From Mobula hypostoma (taxonomy: Eukaryota): DNA of 64,000 nt. Positions 61,896 through 64,000 of the stretch are shown here, piece after piece (position 1 is the first letter of the stretch; each line of letters opens with the position of its first letter). Below the pieces are notes generated by a model. That model did not search any database, was not told the DNA's origin, and saw only the letters and a list, made by a program, of their open reading frames with translations. Location: NCBI RefSeq assembly GCF_963921235.1, contig NC_086118.1:19718001-19782000 (forward strand), read 5' to 3'. The translations under genes and the position numbers were made by a program.

Positions 61896-63699
61896 ATTCC
61901 TTCATTCTTGTGTCTTGCTTCTCTTCCAAAGTGAAAGCAAATCAACAGCATCCGTGAAAGTTAGTGATATAGGCCTACAAAGAAAGGGTAAGCTTTTGGA
62001 TTTATTTAGGACTCTCCAACAAAATGCCAATGGATATTGCAACAGAAGTGGCCTTCTGTTCTGTGTGTCACAAATTTCCATTGATTGAAGTGAAAGAATG
62101 GTTGGGTAATATGTTTCCTGGCACATAGAAGAACTTACTATTTTCACAGATTCATGGACAACAAACAAAGACCATTCAGTCAATCATGTGAACGCACATT
62201 GAGAAAGAGATGTCCACAGCCCTTTAAGTTCGCATTGCGGTATGTCTCAGTGTGTTGAGGGTATCCGTATCTACCCTCCTCCTTTCAGACAATGAGCTCC
62301 AAACCACTATGACCCTCAACATAACCAAACCTCCAGCAATTGCTTAACAATATTAACAACCCATTCATAATATTATTTAATTGCTTGCAATTATTTTACT
62401 GTCATTCTCAAAGTGAACAAAATTAAAATTATAAATTAGGATGTTGCTTATGAGAAAGATAGTTTACACTGCCTTTCTGTTTCAGTGGAGTGATTAGTTT
62501 TCATATCAGCAAAAGTGTCACTATTATTTAGCTCAGAGAGCTGATGCATATAGAACTACTAAGACACAACTTGTATTTTGGACAATTGCCTATGGTACAG
62601 CTTTTTGAATAGTCACATAGTCACAGCTGGTAATACACCTTTGTCTTGATTAAACAATTCATCTTTCCAATTGATGGCATGAAATATTGTTCTCTTGATT
62701 TTGAGAACAGTTGGCTTTGGCTTTTTTTCTCCCCGGGACAATTCGTTCTGTGCAACGACTGTGACAGTGTGGAAGTTTCAATTTAGTCACATAATTAACT
62801 GCAGTTGGCACAACAGATTTGACACAAGAGGCTTTGTAAGTGGAGTCAAAGCATCTGTTTGGAAAGATCAGCATTTTATGGAAATAGTAATAAACCTAAA
62901 AAATTGCTTAAGTTGCAAACATCATTCGTGCGTCACAGATACCCAGAGGAAAACCACCTTCAGTTTTACCAGACAGAATCATAATTTACAGTATTTTTAT
63001 ACCTCCTATCAACAAGAATAAGAGAAATTGAATCCACTGCAACTTCAGATCAAAAATATTTTAGGTTACAGATGTTTGATTCCAGTCTTAAAGCCATAAT
63101 AATAATGGAGGTTTATTTTATTTTATAATTTATGAAGCACTGGGGTAAAGTCTATTTGTAGGTAATGGTGCCTTTAGCATTTACAACTGTACATAACAGC
63201 CTATGGTGCTTTTATGGATCTTCCCTATAGAGAAAGGTTATTGGGGTTCATTGACAAGCCTCATCAACTACAAGCCCCACCCTTAATAAGTCCTTTATTA
63301 TTGAAATCTAATATTGGCACCTTCAACCTTCAATATGCTAAATAAAGAACCTAACTCGCACAGGTATTTCTTTGCAATCAAAACAAAACAAAATAAATGT
63401 AGGTAGCCCTCAGCTGATCAGGCAGCACAGGGAGAGTTAACGTTCATGCAGCAAGTCAATAACCTTTCATTAAAACTGAGATATAAGTGACAGACAAATG
63501 AGAAATTAATTGAAATATGTTCATTGCTCTGAAATAACACATAATTTTTTAGATCTTATTCCAGTTTTGTAAATTGCAATTACCTTTGTACACCTATAAT
63601 ACGTATCACAGTTTACAGCAAAATTTTGGGTCATGCTTGTTTAACACGTAGAATTTATGGAAACCTCCCAAGACATAATAATGAGGTTTCAATAGCATA

Positions 63700-63820
63700 G
63701 TGATTGAGTGTTGAGTGACTAGTGATTGCTCTGCTGTGAATGCCTGCAAGAAAATTGATCTCAAAGTATTATACAGTCACATATACATACTTTGATAATA
63801 AATTTACTTTGGACTTTGAG
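63700..63820 (+). mobile_element. Rex1-like 3' tail
   Basis: gtgaatgcctgcaagaaaa..tactttgataataaatttactttggactttg. Confidence 0.55.
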
Positions 63821-64000
63821 TTGATAGCCAATGTTCTGTAGCTACTAGAAAGGGAAAGGAGTGGAACAAAAATGTGAACAAAGCAATAATTAAAACATAA
63901 GATAGATGATTGCAATGGGGTAAAAAATAGAATGCAGGATGGGTCTGTAGAGCTACAAATGAAAACAGCTGCAAACCTATATGAGGCTGTTAAACTCAGG

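Noticed and set aside
62695..63021. 108-aa ORF in unique sequence
   Set aside because: Non-ATG start, unnatural composition, no known domain.

Overview
Eukaryotic, vertebrate-type non-genic DNA, most of it built from transposable-element fossils. The mix of esterase-ORF1 CR1 LINEs, Rex1/Babar LINEs, Penelope-like elements, HE1/V-SINE-like and Deu-like SINEs suggests a cartilaginous fish such as a ray; this is inference, not a database result. I found no host protein-coding exon, rRNA or tRNA gene that I can support. Main contents: a near-full-length CR1 (5128-9006); a decayed chromodomain Ty3/Gypsy provirus with both LTRs (10579-18957) inside a four-level nest; several Rex1/Babar copies, one with an uninterrupted 337-codon RT frame; a HERO-clade RLE remnant; a solo LTR; an hAT MITE inside a tRNA-SINE; and two or three unnamed non-autonomous retroposon families that lack Pol III boxes. 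The most notable signal is a minimal type I hammerhead ribozyme motif (CUGANGA-stem II-GAAAC-GUC) in the Penelope terminal repeats. It is intact at 48368-48405 (minus), degenerate in five other copies, and doubled head-to-head in a ~90-bp-arm palindrome at the window start. Boundaries are read by eye and are approximate unless a target-site duplication (TSD) is cited.
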